A stretch of 64,000 nucleotides of DNA, from contig CAWJAF010000004.1 of NCBI GenBank assembly GCA_963840785.1, positions 273,100-337,099 on the forward strand, read 5' to 3'. This DNA is from an uncultured Pseudomonadota bacterium (GTDB lineage Bacteria; Pseudomonadota; Gammaproteobacteria; Burkholderiales; JALYOK01). Shown in pieces: positions 1 through 10,867 of the stretch (within the stretch, counting starts at the first letter, position 1; every line of letters starts with the position of its first letter). The notes beneath the pieces were generated by a model. That model did no database searches, had not been told where the DNA came from, and saw nothing but the letters and a program-made list of their open reading frames with translations. A program made the translations under genes and the position numbers.

Positions 1-131
1 ATGGCAAACTTGGCAACGCCAGCTTCGTTGAGCGCGCGCCGGTGCAAGTCGTCGAGCAAGAAAAAGCGCGCCTCGCGGATTTTGGTAACAAATTGAATAC
101 CCTTCAAACACAACTGAAACGTCTGGGATAA
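1..131 (+). CDS. valS: valyl-tRNA synthetase, C-terminal end only (gene begins upstream of window)
   Basis: Not in the ORF track because it is truncated. Frame 3 reads [42 protein letters not shown]-stop. The KLxNxxFVxxAP motif followed by a coiled-coil tail is the conserved ValRS C-terminus. Confidence 0.65.
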   Translation, partial: GKLGNASFVERAPVQVVEQEKARLADFGNKLNTLQTQLKRLG

Positions 132-134
132 AGC

Positions 135-956
135 ATGGCGAAAAAATTCGATGCGGCGCGTTACCTGGTTAAACCAAGCAAGAAGATCAGCCTAAAGAAT
201 TGGAATCCTGGCGAACGAAAATTGAGTAGCGGCGATAAAACGATCGACGCGCAAAGTCTCGCCGCATTGAACGAGCAATTGGATAAGCTGCAAGACTTGC
301 TATACGCGGGACATCAACACAAAGTGCTGCTGGTGTTGCAAGGCATGGACACCTCGGGCAAAGACGGCACGATACGCAACGTCTTTAATTCCGTCGATCC
401 GCTTGGCGTGCATGCCGTGAGTTTTAAAGTGCCAACAGAAGACGAACTCGATCACGATTATCTGTGGCGCGTTCACAAAGTTGTACCGGGCAAGGGCGAA
501 ATTGTTATCTTCAATCGTAGCCATTATGAAGATGTGTTGATCGTTCCGGTGCGCGGTTGGATCACGCCAGAAGAATGCGCGCGCCGCTACCGGCAAATCA
601 ACGAATTCGAAAAACTGTTAAGCGATAACGGCACGATCATCATCAAATGTTTTTTATATATTTCCAAAGACGAGCAGAAAGCGCGATTGGAAGAACGCCT
701 CGCCGATCCGGAAAAGCGCTGGAAGTTTCGCCTAGGCGACTTAGCCGAGCGCAAGCTTTGGAAAAAATATATACAAGCCTACGAAGGTGCTCTCTGCGCG
801 ACAAGCACTAAACAGGCGCCCTGGTACGTGATCCCGGCCAATTCCAAGACGGAGCGTAACCTCATCATTTCCTCGTTGTTGGTGCAAGCGCTTGAAAGCT
901 TAAAGATGAAATATCCCGAGCCGGAGGAAGAGTTGTCCGGCGTTGTCGTTGAGTAA
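135..956 (+). CDS. polyphosphate kinase 2 family protein (PPK2)
   Basis: 273 aa. P-loop-like GMDTSGKDGTIR, plus DYLWR and RSHYED motifs typical of single-domain PPK2. Confidence 0.9.
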   Translation: MAKKFDAARYLVKPSKKISLKNWNPGERKLSSGDKTIDAQSLAALNEQLDKLQDLLYAGHQHKVLLVLQGMDTSGKDGTIRNVFNSVDPLGVHAVSFKVPTEDELDHDYLWRVHKVVPGKGEIVIFNRSHYEDVLIVPVRGWITPEECARRYRQINEFEKLLSDNGTIIIKCFLYISKDEQKARLEERLADPEKRWKFRLGDLAERKLWKKYIQAYEGALCATSTKQAPWYVIPANSKTERNLIISSLLVQALESLKMKYPEPEEELSGVVVE

Positions 957-973
957 AATCGAAAGGAAAAACC

Positions 974-1345
974 ATGAACGCACAATTAAAAATGAGAATG
1001 TTGGTCGCCGTAGTCGGTTCGCTACTAGTCGCCAGCAGCGCCACAGCAGCCGAAAACGCAATCATCAAAAATAAAGCCATGAACGAAGATAGCAAGGAAA
1101 TCGCCACCGCAGCCTCGCTGAAAAAAATTAATGGCCTAGAAATCGAAAACGACCAATCCCAAAGCGAAGTCAGTTCCGGCGAACATACCCTGGAAATCGA
1201 ATGCGTCGTGCGCACGTTCGTTGGCATGGGCACCGTGGACTTGGGCAAGATGAAGCAATTCACCTTAGCGCTGGACGCAGGACGCACCTATCAACTCGGC
1301 GCCAAAATTTCGCCTGATGGAGAATGTACGCCTACGATTGACTAA
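974..1345 (+). CDS. small exported protein of unknown function
   Basis: 123 aa with an N-terminal signal peptide (MRMLVAVVGSLLVASSATAAE). SD-like aaagga lies upstream. The mature part has two Cys. I recognise no family. Confidence 0.6.
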   Translation: MNAQLKMRMLVAVVGSLLVASSATAAENAIIKNKAMNEDSKEIATAASLKKINGLEIENDQSQSEVSSGEHTLEIECVVRTFVGMGTVDLGKMKQFTLALDAGRTYQLGAKISPDGECTPTID

Positions 1346-1355
1346 CAGGTCGAAG

Positions 1356-2153
1356 CTACAAACCCCGAAAAACCGGCTTACGTTTTTCGTTGAAGGCGCA
1401 AATTCCTTCGTGGCGATCCTGAGTATCGATTAGCTGGTTGTACGCTTCGATCTCGAATCGATACGCGGTTGTCAATTCCATTTCCTTGCCATAGCGAATC
1501 GACTTCTTCGCTTGCCGCACCGACAGCGGCGCATTCGCGGCAATCACGCGTGCAGTCACTAGCGCATCCGCCAGCGCCTGGCCGGGTTCGCACAATTGAT
1601 TCACCACACCCCACGCTAATGCTCGTTCAGCGCTGAACGGTTTGCCGGTCAATATGATTTCTTTAGCGCGGCGTTCGCCTACGGCGCGCGGCAGATTTTG
1701 CGTGCCGCCGCCACCCGGCATGATGCCCAATGTCACTTCGGTTAGAGCAAAGCGCGCGGTTTTCACCGCATAGGCGAAATCGCCGTATAGCATTATTTCC
1801 AAACCGCCCGCATAGGCATGACCGTTAACTGCAACAATCAGCGGTACGGTCAACGAACCTGTTGCCCAGAACGTACGTTGGAAGATTTCGTGTTGAGCGC
1901 GCCAGGTTTCATTGCTCATGTCCTTGCGTTCCTTTAAATCCGCCCCCGCGCAGAAGGCGCGATCGCCGGCGCCCGTCAAAATCACACAACGAATATCTTC
2001 CGGCTCGGCGATCAGCCGCGTCCAAAGATTCTGTAAGTCGATCCCCATTTGGGTATTGATCGCGTTCAATACGTCGGGGCGATTGAGCGTCACCACGAGA
2101 ATGTGCTGGTCAACGATCTCGGTGATTAGGGTTTGATAAGTAGGCAAGCTCAA
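1356..2153 (-). CDS. enoyl-CoA hydratase/isomerase (crotonase) family protein
   Basis: 265 aa. Crotonase signatures CVILTGAGDRAFCAGADLKE and AVNGHAYAGGLEI. Confidence 0.9.
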   Translation of the reverse strand: MSLPTYQTLITEIVDQHILVVTLNRPDVLNAINTQMGIDLQNLWTRLIAEPEDIRCVILTGAGDRAFCAGADLKERKDMSNETWRAQHEIFQRTFWATGSLTVPLIVAVNGHAYAGGLEIMLYGDFAYAVKTARFALTEVTLGIMPGGGGTQNLPRAVGERRAKEIILTGKPFSAERALAWGVVNQLCEPGQALADALVTARVIAANAPLSVRQAKKSIRYGKEMELTTAYRFEIEAYNQLIDTQDRHEGICAFNEKRKPVFRGL

Positions 2154-2333
2154 AGCAACATCTCCGATGAAAAATGAAAATTGAGATTACTCGATGTGCT
2201 AATCGAGGTAAAGTATCAACTGCATATCACGCCGATTGAGTCGCAATCCAAAGTAATACGACAAGATTTCGGCGATTGTCGCGGAAGCGCCAAAACCATA
2301 AGCGCTATCCGTTCATAATTTTCAATTTTCTAA

Positions 2334-3443
2334 TTGATAAATTACAATTCCAGCATGAATACCATCACATCACTTCAGGCGGATTTTTACCGTATTCCGT
2401 TGCCGGTCATTCTGTCTGACAGCATGCACGGCGACATGACTCATTTTGAGTTGATCACAGCGCGTGTGCGCGACAGCGATGGCGCCGAAGGTATGGGATA
2501 TACCTTTACGCCGGGCACCGGTGGCGCAGGCGCTTATGCATTGATCGATCGCTATCTCACGCCAGTGTTAATTGGCCAGGAGCCAGACCGGATTGAAGCG
2601 CTGTGGCAAAAAATGTGGTGGGCGATTCACTATGGCGGGCGCGGCGGTTCGGCCAGCTTTGCGATTTCGGCGATCGACATGGCGTTGTGGGATCTCGCGG
2701 CGAAACAGGCAAGTAAGCCGCTATGGCGCTTGCTCGGTGGTTACGATCCGCGCGTGCCCTGTTACGCCGGCGGCATCGATTTACAATTTCCTCTGGATAA
2801 ATTGTTGCGCCAGGCGGATGATTTTCAGGTCCATGGTTTTCGCGCGATCAAGATGAAAGTGGGTCGCGATAAATTGAGTGAAGATGTCGAGCGAGTTAAA
2901 AAAATGCGTGAGCATCTCGGCGCGGATTTTCCGCTGATGGCCGACGCGAACATGCGCTGGTCAGTGGATCAAGCCATTCGTGCGGCGCGCTCGTTTCAAG
3001 AATTTGGTTTGGTGTGGCTGGAAGAACCGACGATTCCCGACGACATCGCCGGCCACGCGCGCATCGTGAAAGAAGGCGGCCACCCGGTCGCCACCGGCGA
3101 GAATTTTCATAGCCTGTACGACTTCAAAAATTTCATCGCCGCCGGTGCGGTGACGTTTCCGGAACCCGATGTCACCAATTGCGGCGGCGTTACCGTTTTT
3201 ATGAAGGTCGCCCACCTCGCGGAAGCTTACAATTTACCGGTGACGTCCCACGGTGCACATGACATTACAGTGCAATGCCTTGCAGCAGCGCCGAATCGTT
3301 CCTACCTCGAGGCCCACGGTTTTGGTTTGGATCGTTACATCAAAAACCCACTGAGAATTGAAAACGGTTTTGCGGTCGCGCCTGAGCGCCCCGGCCATGG
3401 CGTCGAGTTCGATTTCGGTGCTTTGGAGGCATGCCGCGCCTAG
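2334..3443 (+). CDS. enolase-superfamily enzyme (mandelate racemase / muconate lactonizing enzyme family)
   Basis: 369 aa. KMKVG, metal ligands in MADANMRW / LEEP / ATGE, and a C-terminal barrel. The TTG at 2334 or the ATG at 2355 could be the start. Confidence 0.88.
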   Translation: MINYNSSMNTITSLQADFYRIPLPVILSDSMHGDMTHFELITARVRDSDGAEGMGYTFTPGTGGAGAYALIDRYLTPVLIGQEPDRIEALWQKMWWAIHYGGRGGSASFAISAIDMALWDLAAKQASKPLWRLLGGYDPRVPCYAGGIDLQFPLDKLLRQADDFQVHGFRAIKMKVGRDKLSEDVERVKKMREHLGADFPLMADANMRWSVDQAIRAARSFQEFGLVWLEEPTIPDDIAGHARIVKEGGHPVATGENFHSLYDFKNFIAAGAVTFPEPDVTNCGGVTVFMKVAHLAEAYNLPVTSHGAHDITVQCLAAAPNRSYLEAHGFGLDRYIKNPLRIENGFAVAPERPGHGVEFDFGALEACRA

Positions 3444-3603
3444 CCGCTTTGCGCTTGCTTCCCAGCATGGGATGCCTGAAGAACCAATGAATACGAGCCT
3501 TTCCGGCATGTCTTTATTGCCAGCTCGAGCCGTGCGACAATACGATTTGGCTACCTAAAATAATTCTGCCGTATACCTGCGGCGCCAACTTGACGAGGAC
3601 ATT

Positions 3604-4053
3604 ATGAATCGGTTTTTACTTAATTTTATTTTTGCAACTTTCTTCGCTGCGTTGCTCGCATTTACACCGGCCCGCGCCGGCGTCGCGGAAGACGTCAAAG
3701 CATCTGACGACGAGCGCATCGCTGCGTTTATTTCCGGCAATACCGCAATACTGGATAAATACTTTGCCGACGAATTGGTCTACATTCATTCGTCCGGCCT
3801 CGTCGACAATAAGCAAAAAGTGATCGAAAGCTTTAAGTCTGGTGACTTAAAAATTCGTAAATTCGACCGCGAAGATATTAAGGTATATCAAGTCGGCAGC
3901 ACGGTGGTTCTGAGCGCCATCGGCCACGTTGATCTGAACATAAAGGGGAAAGACGCGCAATTCGATATGCGCTATTCCGCAGTCTACGCCAAGCGCGCAG
4001 GCGTGTGGCAGCTTTTCCATTATCAAGGCGCGCGCTTGCCAAAACCCGAGTAA
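3604..4053 (+). CDS. SnoaL-like / DUF4440 (NTF2-fold) protein with signal peptide
   Basis: 149 aa. Signal peptide FATFFAALLAFTPARAG. The body matches the DUF4440 pattern (DKYFADELVYIHSSG...VWQLFHYQ). Confidence 0.75.
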   Translation: MNRFLLNFIFATFFAALLAFTPARAGVAEDVKASDDERIAAFISGNTAILDKYFADELVYIHSSGLVDNKQKVIESFKSGDLKIRKFDREDIKVYQVGSTVVLSAIGHVDLNIKGKDAQFDMRYSAVYAKRAGVWQLFHYQGARLPKPE

Positions 4054-4067
4054 TTTGCGTTATCGCA

Positions 4068-4105
4068 CAATGAAAACGGGGCGCTTAAGCGCCCCGTTTT
4101 CATTG
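4068..4105. terminator. bidirectional rho-independent terminator (perfect 17-bp stem, 4-nt loop)
   Basis: caatgaaaacggggcgc-ttaa-gcgccccgttttcattg lies between the convergent SnoaL-like gene and efp. A/T runs sit on both sides. Confidence 0.85.
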
Positions 4106-4118
4106 TGATGCGGCGAAA

Positions 4119-4679
4119 TTAACCGGTAATTCGCCGCTTGTATTCGCCGGTAGCGGTATCGATTTCGATACGATCACCAGTTTCACAAAATAACGGAACC
4201 GGCACGTTCATGCCCGTAGAAATCGACGCTGGCTTCAACACTTTACCTGACGTGTCGCCGCGAATCGCGGGCTCGGTGTAGGAAATTTCGCGCACGACCG
4301 AATTCGGCAACTCAATCGAAATCGCACGACCTTCGTAAAACACCACGCCGCAGGGCAAGCCTTCCTCCAAATAGTCCAGCGCGGCACCCATGCTTTCCTT
4401 CTCGATTTCGTATTGGTTGTAATCAGCGTCCATGAACACATACATCGGATCGCCGAAGTAAGAATAGGTCACGTCTTTGCGCTCGAGCGTCAAGAGTTCC
4501 AGTTTGTCATCGGCTTTGTAAACCGTTTCCATGCCCGAACCGGACAATAGGTTTTTCAGCTTCATTTTCACCACAGCGGAGCTGCGGCCGCCTTTGCTAT
4601 ATTCGGCTTTTAGAATGACCATGGGGTCTTTACCGACCATAATCACGTTGCCGGAACGAAGTTCTTGTGCCTGTTTCAT
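4119..4679 (-). CDS. efp: elongation factor P, Arg32 (EarP-type) variant
   Basis: 186 aa, near-collinear with Pseudomonas EF-P. The modification loop is [17 protein letters not shown] (Arg, not Lys, at the tip). Confidence 0.97.
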   Translation of the reverse strand: MKQAQELRSGNVIMVGKDPMVILKAEYSKGGRSSAVVKMKLKNLLSGSGMETVYKADDKLELLTLERKDVTYSYFGDPMYVFMDADYNQYEIEKESMGAALDYLEEGLPCGVVFYEGRAISIELPNSVVREISYTEPAIRGDTSGKVLKPASISTGMNVPVPLFCETGDRIEIDTATGEYKRRITG

Positions 4680-4709
4680 CGGAGTCTCGAAGCGCTAAGT
4701 GGAAACCAA

Positions 4710-5840
4710 TTATTTTAACAGATCGCTCGTGAAATTCACCAAGGTCGTTGCAAGATCAGCTTGTCGCGCGAGTTTTTCCTCCCAAACGATGGCCTGAGAG
4801 GCAATACTGGCGCGGCTCTCCAGCCACGCACCCCAGGCCGTTGCTGTTAGGCCATCGCCATTCCAGCCGTGCCAAAACGCGCGCACTTGTTTTGCCGTCG
4901 CGGCGCATTGGTCTGCGAAATATAGATCCAGCAACGCATCTAGCTTTACGCGATGAGCATTGTCGTTCTGCGGATAAATATGCCAGACGAACGGGCGCGC
5001 GGCCCATTGTGCGCGCACGAACGAATCTTCCCCGCGCACGAAATTCAGATCACACGCCCACAGCAATTGATCGTAGCGTTCGTGTTCGAGAAAGGGAATG
5101 ACGTGTAACGTAAGCTTTCCCGCTGAGAATGTTTGCTCGGATTCGCCGATCGGCGCGGCGAAGAAATTTTCCAGCACCTTGGTTGCAACGCCCTTTGGTA
5201 CTAGGCACGTAACCGAGGCGGTGCCGATCGACCATTGTTGTAGTAAGGCGGGCAACGCCAGATTGTCATAGCAAAATAAACTTACTCGCAACTCGTCGGG
5301 CTGCGGCATCGCGACGCCTAACGATTGCCAAAACACTGCCTGCAAATCCGGCTCAACTTGGAATCGCTTACGCTTGTCGAGCAAATCGCGTTCGCGCAGC
5401 AACCCTCCCGTTTGGGTCGTGAATCCCGGAAAGAAAAAATATTTGATCAGCGCGCCGTGAGGCGAAGGCAGGCCGTGAGTGCCGGTCACCCACGCCTCGG
5501 CAGAAAGATATTCCAGATTAATCCAAGCAGGTGCTTTCGATTTTTCTGCCATCGCGCGCTTAAAATTCGCTGGGAGTTCGCACCCGAATGCTTCGATGAC
5601 AACATCGCCGGGCACGACGTCAGAAAATCGCTCGTGCCAGCGATAAATGTCGAGACTATCGAGCGTTTGTCGATCGAGTGCCTTGTCGATATTCGGGCTT
5701 ATGCGCGCAAAGGTTTCGAGATCGTTCACCCAAAGCCGAACTTTGAACCCATGCTCCGCAACCAATTGCCGCGCGAGGCGCCAGCAGACTCCGATGTCGC
5801 CGAAGTTATCGACGACGCGGCAGAAAATATCCCAAGTCAC
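4710..5840 (-). CDS. earP: EF-P arginine-32 rhamnosyltransferase EarP
   Basis: 376 aa. Signature N-terminus WDIFCRVVDNFGDIGVCWRLARQL. It sits immediately upstream of the R32-type efp. Confidence 0.9.
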   Translation of the reverse strand: MTWDIFCRVVDNFGDIGVCWRLARQLVAEHGFKVRLWVNDLETFARISPNIDKALDRQTLDSLDIYRWHERFSDVVPGDVVIEAFGCELPANFKRAMAEKSKAPAWINLEYLSAEAWVTGTHGLPSPHGALIKYFFFPGFTTQTGGLLRERDLLDKRKRFQVEPDLQAVFWQSLGVAMPQPDELRVSLFCYDNLALPALLQQWSIGTASVTCLVPKGVATKVLENFFAAPIGESEQTFSAGKLTLHVIPFLEHERYDQLLWACDLNFVRGEDSFVRAQWAARPFVWHIYPQNDNAHRVKLDALLDLYFADQCAATAKQVRAFWHGWNGDGLTATAWGAWLESRASIASQAIVWEEKLARQADLATTLVNFTSDLLK

Positions 5841-5898
5841 TAACGAGACGCCGCACTCAGAAGCAATATAACCAAGGCCGTTATACCCGCGTAACCAC

Positions 5899-6471
5899 TC
5901 ACATTATTTTTAATCGCTTAAGCTCGAAAAAGCATTTCGCGCAGGCGCGCACGTCGACAAGCGCTTGATGGGCTCCTGAAAACGATTCGCGAAACAATTT
6001 AAGATGAAGCTCATTCAGCGTCGGCCACTTGAAACCGTATCGACCCGGCAAGCGGCAAAAATCGGTCGCCGACTGCATGGTGCAATGTCGCGTTTTTGCG
6101 TCGAGATAGTTCGCAAATCCGGCACGCAAAAGCTCTGCGCCGAGAATTTTTTCATCGAAAGCCATATTGTGCGCAATAAGAACGCCCGCCGCAGGAATGT
6201 CTTTCGCAATCGCATCGAGAACCTGCTTGATATCTACGCCTCGCTCACGCGCGATTTCTGTGGTAATGCCGTGAACCTTCGCCGCATCCAAAGGAATGGT
6301 AAAACCATCCGGCTTAATGACGTGTTCCGTGCTTGATAATTCCGTACCATTTTCATCGGCAATCAGCCACGCGATCTGAACCATGCGCGGCCAATTGCTG
6401 AGATCGGAAACCGGCGCCTTGTAATTCTTTGGAATGCCTGTTGTTTCGGTGTCGAAAAATAAATAATTCAT
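5899..6471 (-). CDS. DEDDh 3'-5' exonuclease (DnaQ/Pol III epsilon-like, stand-alone)
   Basis: Exo motifs FFDTETTG, AHNMAFD and HQALVD. ATG at 6471. The longer ORF reaching 6570 would overlap the amidase. Confidence 0.85.
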   Translation of the reverse strand: MNYLFFDTETTGIPKNYKAPVSDLSNWPRMVQIAWLIADENGTELSSTEHVIKPDGFTIPLDAAKVHGITTEIARERGVDIKQVLDAIAKDIPAAGVLIAHNMAFDEKILGAELLRAGFANYLDAKTRHCTMQSATDFCRLPGRYGFKWPTLNELHLKLFRESFSGAHQALVDVRACAKCFFELKRLKIM

Positions 6472-6478
6472 AAAGCGC

Positions 6479-7859
6479 CTAGCTGGGTTGCGGCAACGCA
6501 AATGGATGGGCTGTTTCATACGCGCGCGCAGCGCGCAAAACAAGGCCATCCGCAAACTTTGCTCCAACAATTTGCATCGCTACTGGGAGACCGTTAGCGG
6601 CGAAACCACAGGGAACGCAAGCGGCCGGTTGTTGTGTCAGGTTAAACGGATAGGTGAATGGCGACCACTGCCACCAGTGTTTCATATCACTTTCAGGCGG
6701 CACTTCGTGACCGACGTCAAACGCAGTCGTAGCCAGTTGTGGTGTGATAATCAAATCGTATTGGCCGTGCAAGTTGTTCATTCGGCGGCCAAACGCATCG
6801 CGGGCGCGTTCCAACTGGCGATATTCCAATGCGCTCAACGCAAAACCAGGTTCGGCCAATTCCAACATGCCTGGATCGCATAGCGCACGTTGTGCAGCCG
6901 ACATCGGCGCGATGGCCAACGCCAGTGCGACGGCCCACAACGGCTGCATGATGTCGATAGGATCATCGAGTTTAAGGTCGATCGCTTCGACATTCGCGCC
7001 GAGCGTAGAAAACTCATGCGCCGCTAACGCCACCACTCGCGCAACATCGGCGTCCACCTTGGCGTAACCGAGTGTTGCGCTATAGCCGATGCGTAATCCT
7101 TTGACACCCGATTCCAAATCTTTACGGTAGTCGATACCAAGCGGCGGCCCTGCCGCCCAATCACGTGCATCCGGCTGCGCAATCAGATTGAGCATGAGCG
7201 CGGCATCGGAAACCGTGCGACTGATGGGACCTTGATGCCATAAGGTCCATGCCGGAGAATGTGGATAAACGGGGACAATGCCCCAAGTCGGCTTTATGCC
7301 GAACAAACCACAAAAGCCAGCAGGAATGCGTATGGAGCCACCGCCATCGGTTGCGACGTTGAATGTGCCCATGCCGAGCGCCGCCGCAACCGCCGCGCCA
7401 CCACTGCTGCCGCCGGGCGTGAGACGTTTGTCCCACGGATTGCGCGTGATGCCGGTCAGCGGGCTGTCGGTCACGCCTTTCCAGCCGAATTCCGGCGTCG
7501 TCGTTTTGCCCAAAATGATTGCGCCCTGTTCACGCAAACGCGCCACGGGCGGACCATCCTCATTCCAAGATTGATTCGGATCGATGCTGTGCGAGCCGCG
7601 CAAGGTCGGCCAACCCTTGACCAATATCAGATCTTTTACGGTCGTCGGTACGCCGTCGGCCGGACCTAAAGGTCTGGCCGCTGTGCCACCGAGCTTCGGA
7701 CTCACGCGCACTCGCCAAAGCCGCCTCTTCATCCACCACGCAAAACGCGTTGTAAATTGGATTGAGTTCAGCAATCCGCGCCAAGGCGGCACGAGTCACC
7801 GCAACGGGCGAAAGACGCCGCGAACGATATTGTTCGACGAGATCGACGGCCGATAACAA
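6479..7859 (-). pseudogene. amidase (amidase-signature family), one frame break
   Basis: The N-terminus is in ORF 7560..7859 and the rest in ORF 6479..7792. The junction ...EARWHSGQ | PLGPADGVPTTVKD is restored by removing one base near 7668-7673. GGSSGGAAVAAALG signature present. Confidence 0.85.
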
Positions 7860-7954
7860 GAGGGGATCGATGACTGCTCCTCAATTATTTGCAGACAAAA
7901 AAAGGGTGAGAGAAATTGTTCTCTCACCCGATTTTAGCGCAGAACGAAGTTACC

Positions 7955-10401
7955 TTACGCTTTCTTGCTCATGCCTTTCAGTACTGCTTCTGCCGTGATC
8001 GGCATTTGCCGCACACGTGATCCAACGGCATTGAAAATGGCGTTCGCTACCGCCGGCGCTACTACGGTTGAAGCCGGCTCGCCGACACCACTCGGATGCC
8101 GCTCCGATTGCACGATCTCGACATCGATTTGCGGTATGTCTTGCAGGCGAATAGGCACATACTCATGGAAGTTAGTCTGCTCAAACGCGCCATTTTTCAA
8201 AGTCAATTTTTCCGACAAAATTTGGCTCGCACCCCACAGTGCACTGCCTTGAATTTGCGCTTTGATGTTCATGGGATTGACCGCGATTCCCATGTCCATC
8301 GCGATGGTGAGCCGATTGATTTTGACTGCGCCCGTTGCCGGATCCACGGTGACTTCGGCAACGCCTGCGACCCAAGTCGGACTTTGTCGCTCTTCTGCTG
8401 ACGATACCGCAATGCCCATAGCGGTGTTGGGTGGTAACTTTTTAGTGCCCCACCCGGCTTTTTTCGCCGCAACTTTGAGTACATTGGCCAAGCGCAAAGC
8501 ACCGCCCACCGTCGAGGATTCGTACATCGGCCATGAACCCTCTTTGGTCCAAGGCAACGAAATCCACAGTTGATCCATGTAATAATCGGATGGGGTGCCC
8601 GGCTTGTGGCCACTATTAGGAATACCGCGATTGCCACCTTTGCCGTTCAACATCGACAGTCGAAATTCAAGCGGATCGCGCTTCAACGAATGCGCTACTT
8701 CATCCATGAACGATTCCACCACGAACATGTTGTACGAGTTCGACACGGTGCGCAGTGCGCTCGCCTGCACCGCCCACGTAGTTTTATCATTGTTCCATGC
8801 TTGAACGCGATGATTGTCCAAGTGATACCAATGATCACTGCCGCCGATCGACCATTGATCGATGTCGGCCTTGCGCCCATCCCAGGAATCTTGCTGTAAC
8901 CAATCGCTGCCGAATTTTTTGCCGACACCGAAACGCGCGCCCATCCAGCCGCATACGATGTCGTGATTCATCGCCGAAAGTTTGCCGTCTTTCAGCCCGG
9001 CCTTGAGTTTGTGGAAGGTGGGCGTGCGCGGGAAGCTGGTGGCGAAATTCGACTCGCGAGTTTGAATTAACTTCACCGGACGCCCGGCTTCTTTCGCGCA
9101 AAATGCCGCTGCGAGAATTTCGTCGTAATCCTGCTTGCCGCCGAAACCACCGCCGACTAGTTGATTGTGAATGAAGACTTTTATTTCTTCCGGCTTTTGT
9201 TTCAGCACCGTAGACAGATAGCCGGTCAGGGTCATCCGCGCGAACGATGCACCTTGCGTACCGGTGTAGACGTGCCATTCGTCATTGACGTTTTGCACCG
9301 TTGCATTAAGCGGCTCCATCGTCGCATGGCACACCATTTCTGTGGTGTACTCAAACTCTAACGTTTTATCTGCCGCACCGAGCGCCTTATCTACATCGCC
9401 CTCAAGCACCCATGCGCCTTCCGCCTTAGTGGCATCGGTCTGCATTTGCGCATATTCGGCTTTCAGATCGGCGCTACTTAAATTGCCGTAAGGGCCCTCG
9501 TCCCAAGTCACTTTCAAGGCTTTGGCTGCTTGCATCGCTTGCGGGAATTTTTCTGCAACGGCAACCACCCAGCCGGTGCATTTGCCGAGCGCGTTGTCAA
9601 TAACCACTGCCTTGACGAAACCGGGAATCTTCTTCGCTTCGCTATCGTCGACGCCGGTCACTTTTGCGCCGTAACGCGAACGCGGAATCACCAGTGCGCC
9701 GTAAGCCATATTCGGCAGAAACACATCGATGCCGTATTTCGCTTGGCCGTGTGGTTTTTGCCGGAATGTCGAGTGCGGGGATCGATTTGCCGATGATTTC
9801 GTACTTCTTCGGGTCCTTGAGCTTGACGTTTTTCAAATCGTCCGGATAGCTGAACTTACGGTCGATCTTCACCTTTTGCAAAATTTCGCCGTAGGTCACC
9901 GTGCGTTTTGAAGTGCGATCTGTCACGCTGCTATTGGCCGCAAAACAATCAGATTCTTTGGCTTTAAGCAACTTAGCGCCAGCTTCGATTAGCGCGATGC
10001 GCCCCGCCGCACCAGCACGCGCAATGCGGTCGAATTCGGTCGTCACGCTGCCGCTGTTCACCGTATAAGCTAAGCCGTAGGTGCCGAAGGTTTCGTTGCT
10101 TTCTACGGGCTGATCGAGGCGCACATCACCCCATTTGATCTCTAGCTCTTCGGCGATCACCTGCGCTAATGCGGTGCCAATATGCTGGCCCATTTCGGCC
10201 TTAACGATATGGATAACGGTTTTGCCGTCGGGAGTGACGGTGAACCAAATCGCCGGAGTAAACGCCTGTGTCGCAACGGCTGCTTGCACCGGCGCCAATA
10301 TTCGCGCCGAAGGCGATGCCAAGAACCGCACCGGCGCTGGTCACGCTGGAACGAATCAGGAACTCACGCCGAGTAATACCTTGATTATTTTCCTTAGACA
10401 T
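7955..10401 (-). pseudogene. molybdopterin-binding aldehyde oxidase/xanthine dehydrogenase-family large subunit (IorB-like), Tat signal, two frame breaks
   Basis: Three collinear ORF pieces: 10201..10452, 9642..10331 and 7955..9724. Tat motif ITRREFLIRS at the N-terminus. Breaks lie at about 10290 and about 9750 (IPAKTT | GQAKYGIDVFLPNMAYG). Confidence 0.85.
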
Positions 10402-10867
10402 TTTTTGCTCCTTCGCGCGCGATTTCCGCAGCGCGTTTGACCGCGCCCACAATGCGCGAGTAGGTTGCGCAACGGCACAGGTTGCCGTTCATCCATTGCA
10501 CCACTTCGGTTTCAGTTGGATTGGGATTATTCGCCAGCAACGCTGCCGCTTGCATAATTTGTCCCGATTGGCAGTAGCCGCATTGCGGTACCTGATGCTC
10601 GATCCATGCCTGTTGCACCGCATGGGTGTTGGCGGGATGCAAGCCTTCAATCGTGGTGATCGCGGCACCGGCGACGTCGCCGACCTTCACTTGGCAGGAA
10701 CGCATCGCCGCACCGTTAATGTGCACCGTGCACGATCCACACAAACCGAGCCCGCAACCGTATTTGGTGCCGGTCAGCCTGAGATCCTCTCGAATAACCC
10801 ATAACAGCGGGGTGTCTGGCGGGGCATCGGCGAAGAAGCTTTGCCCGTTGATATTGAGTTGCGGCAT
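10394..10867 (-). CDS. (2Fe-2S)-binding small subunit (IorA-like)
   Basis: 157 aa with two [2Fe-2S] Cys clusters (CGLGLCGSC and CGYCQSG...CRC). It overlaps the large-subunit start by 8 nt. Confidence 0.92.
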   Translation of the reverse strand: MPQLNINGQSFFADAPPDTPLLWVIREDLRLTGTKYGCGLGLCGSCTVHINGAAMRSCQVKVGDVAGAAITTIEGLHPANTHAVQQAWIEHQVPQCGYCQSGQIMQAAALLANNPNPTETEVVQWMNGNLCRCATYSRIVGAVKRAAEIAREGAKNV

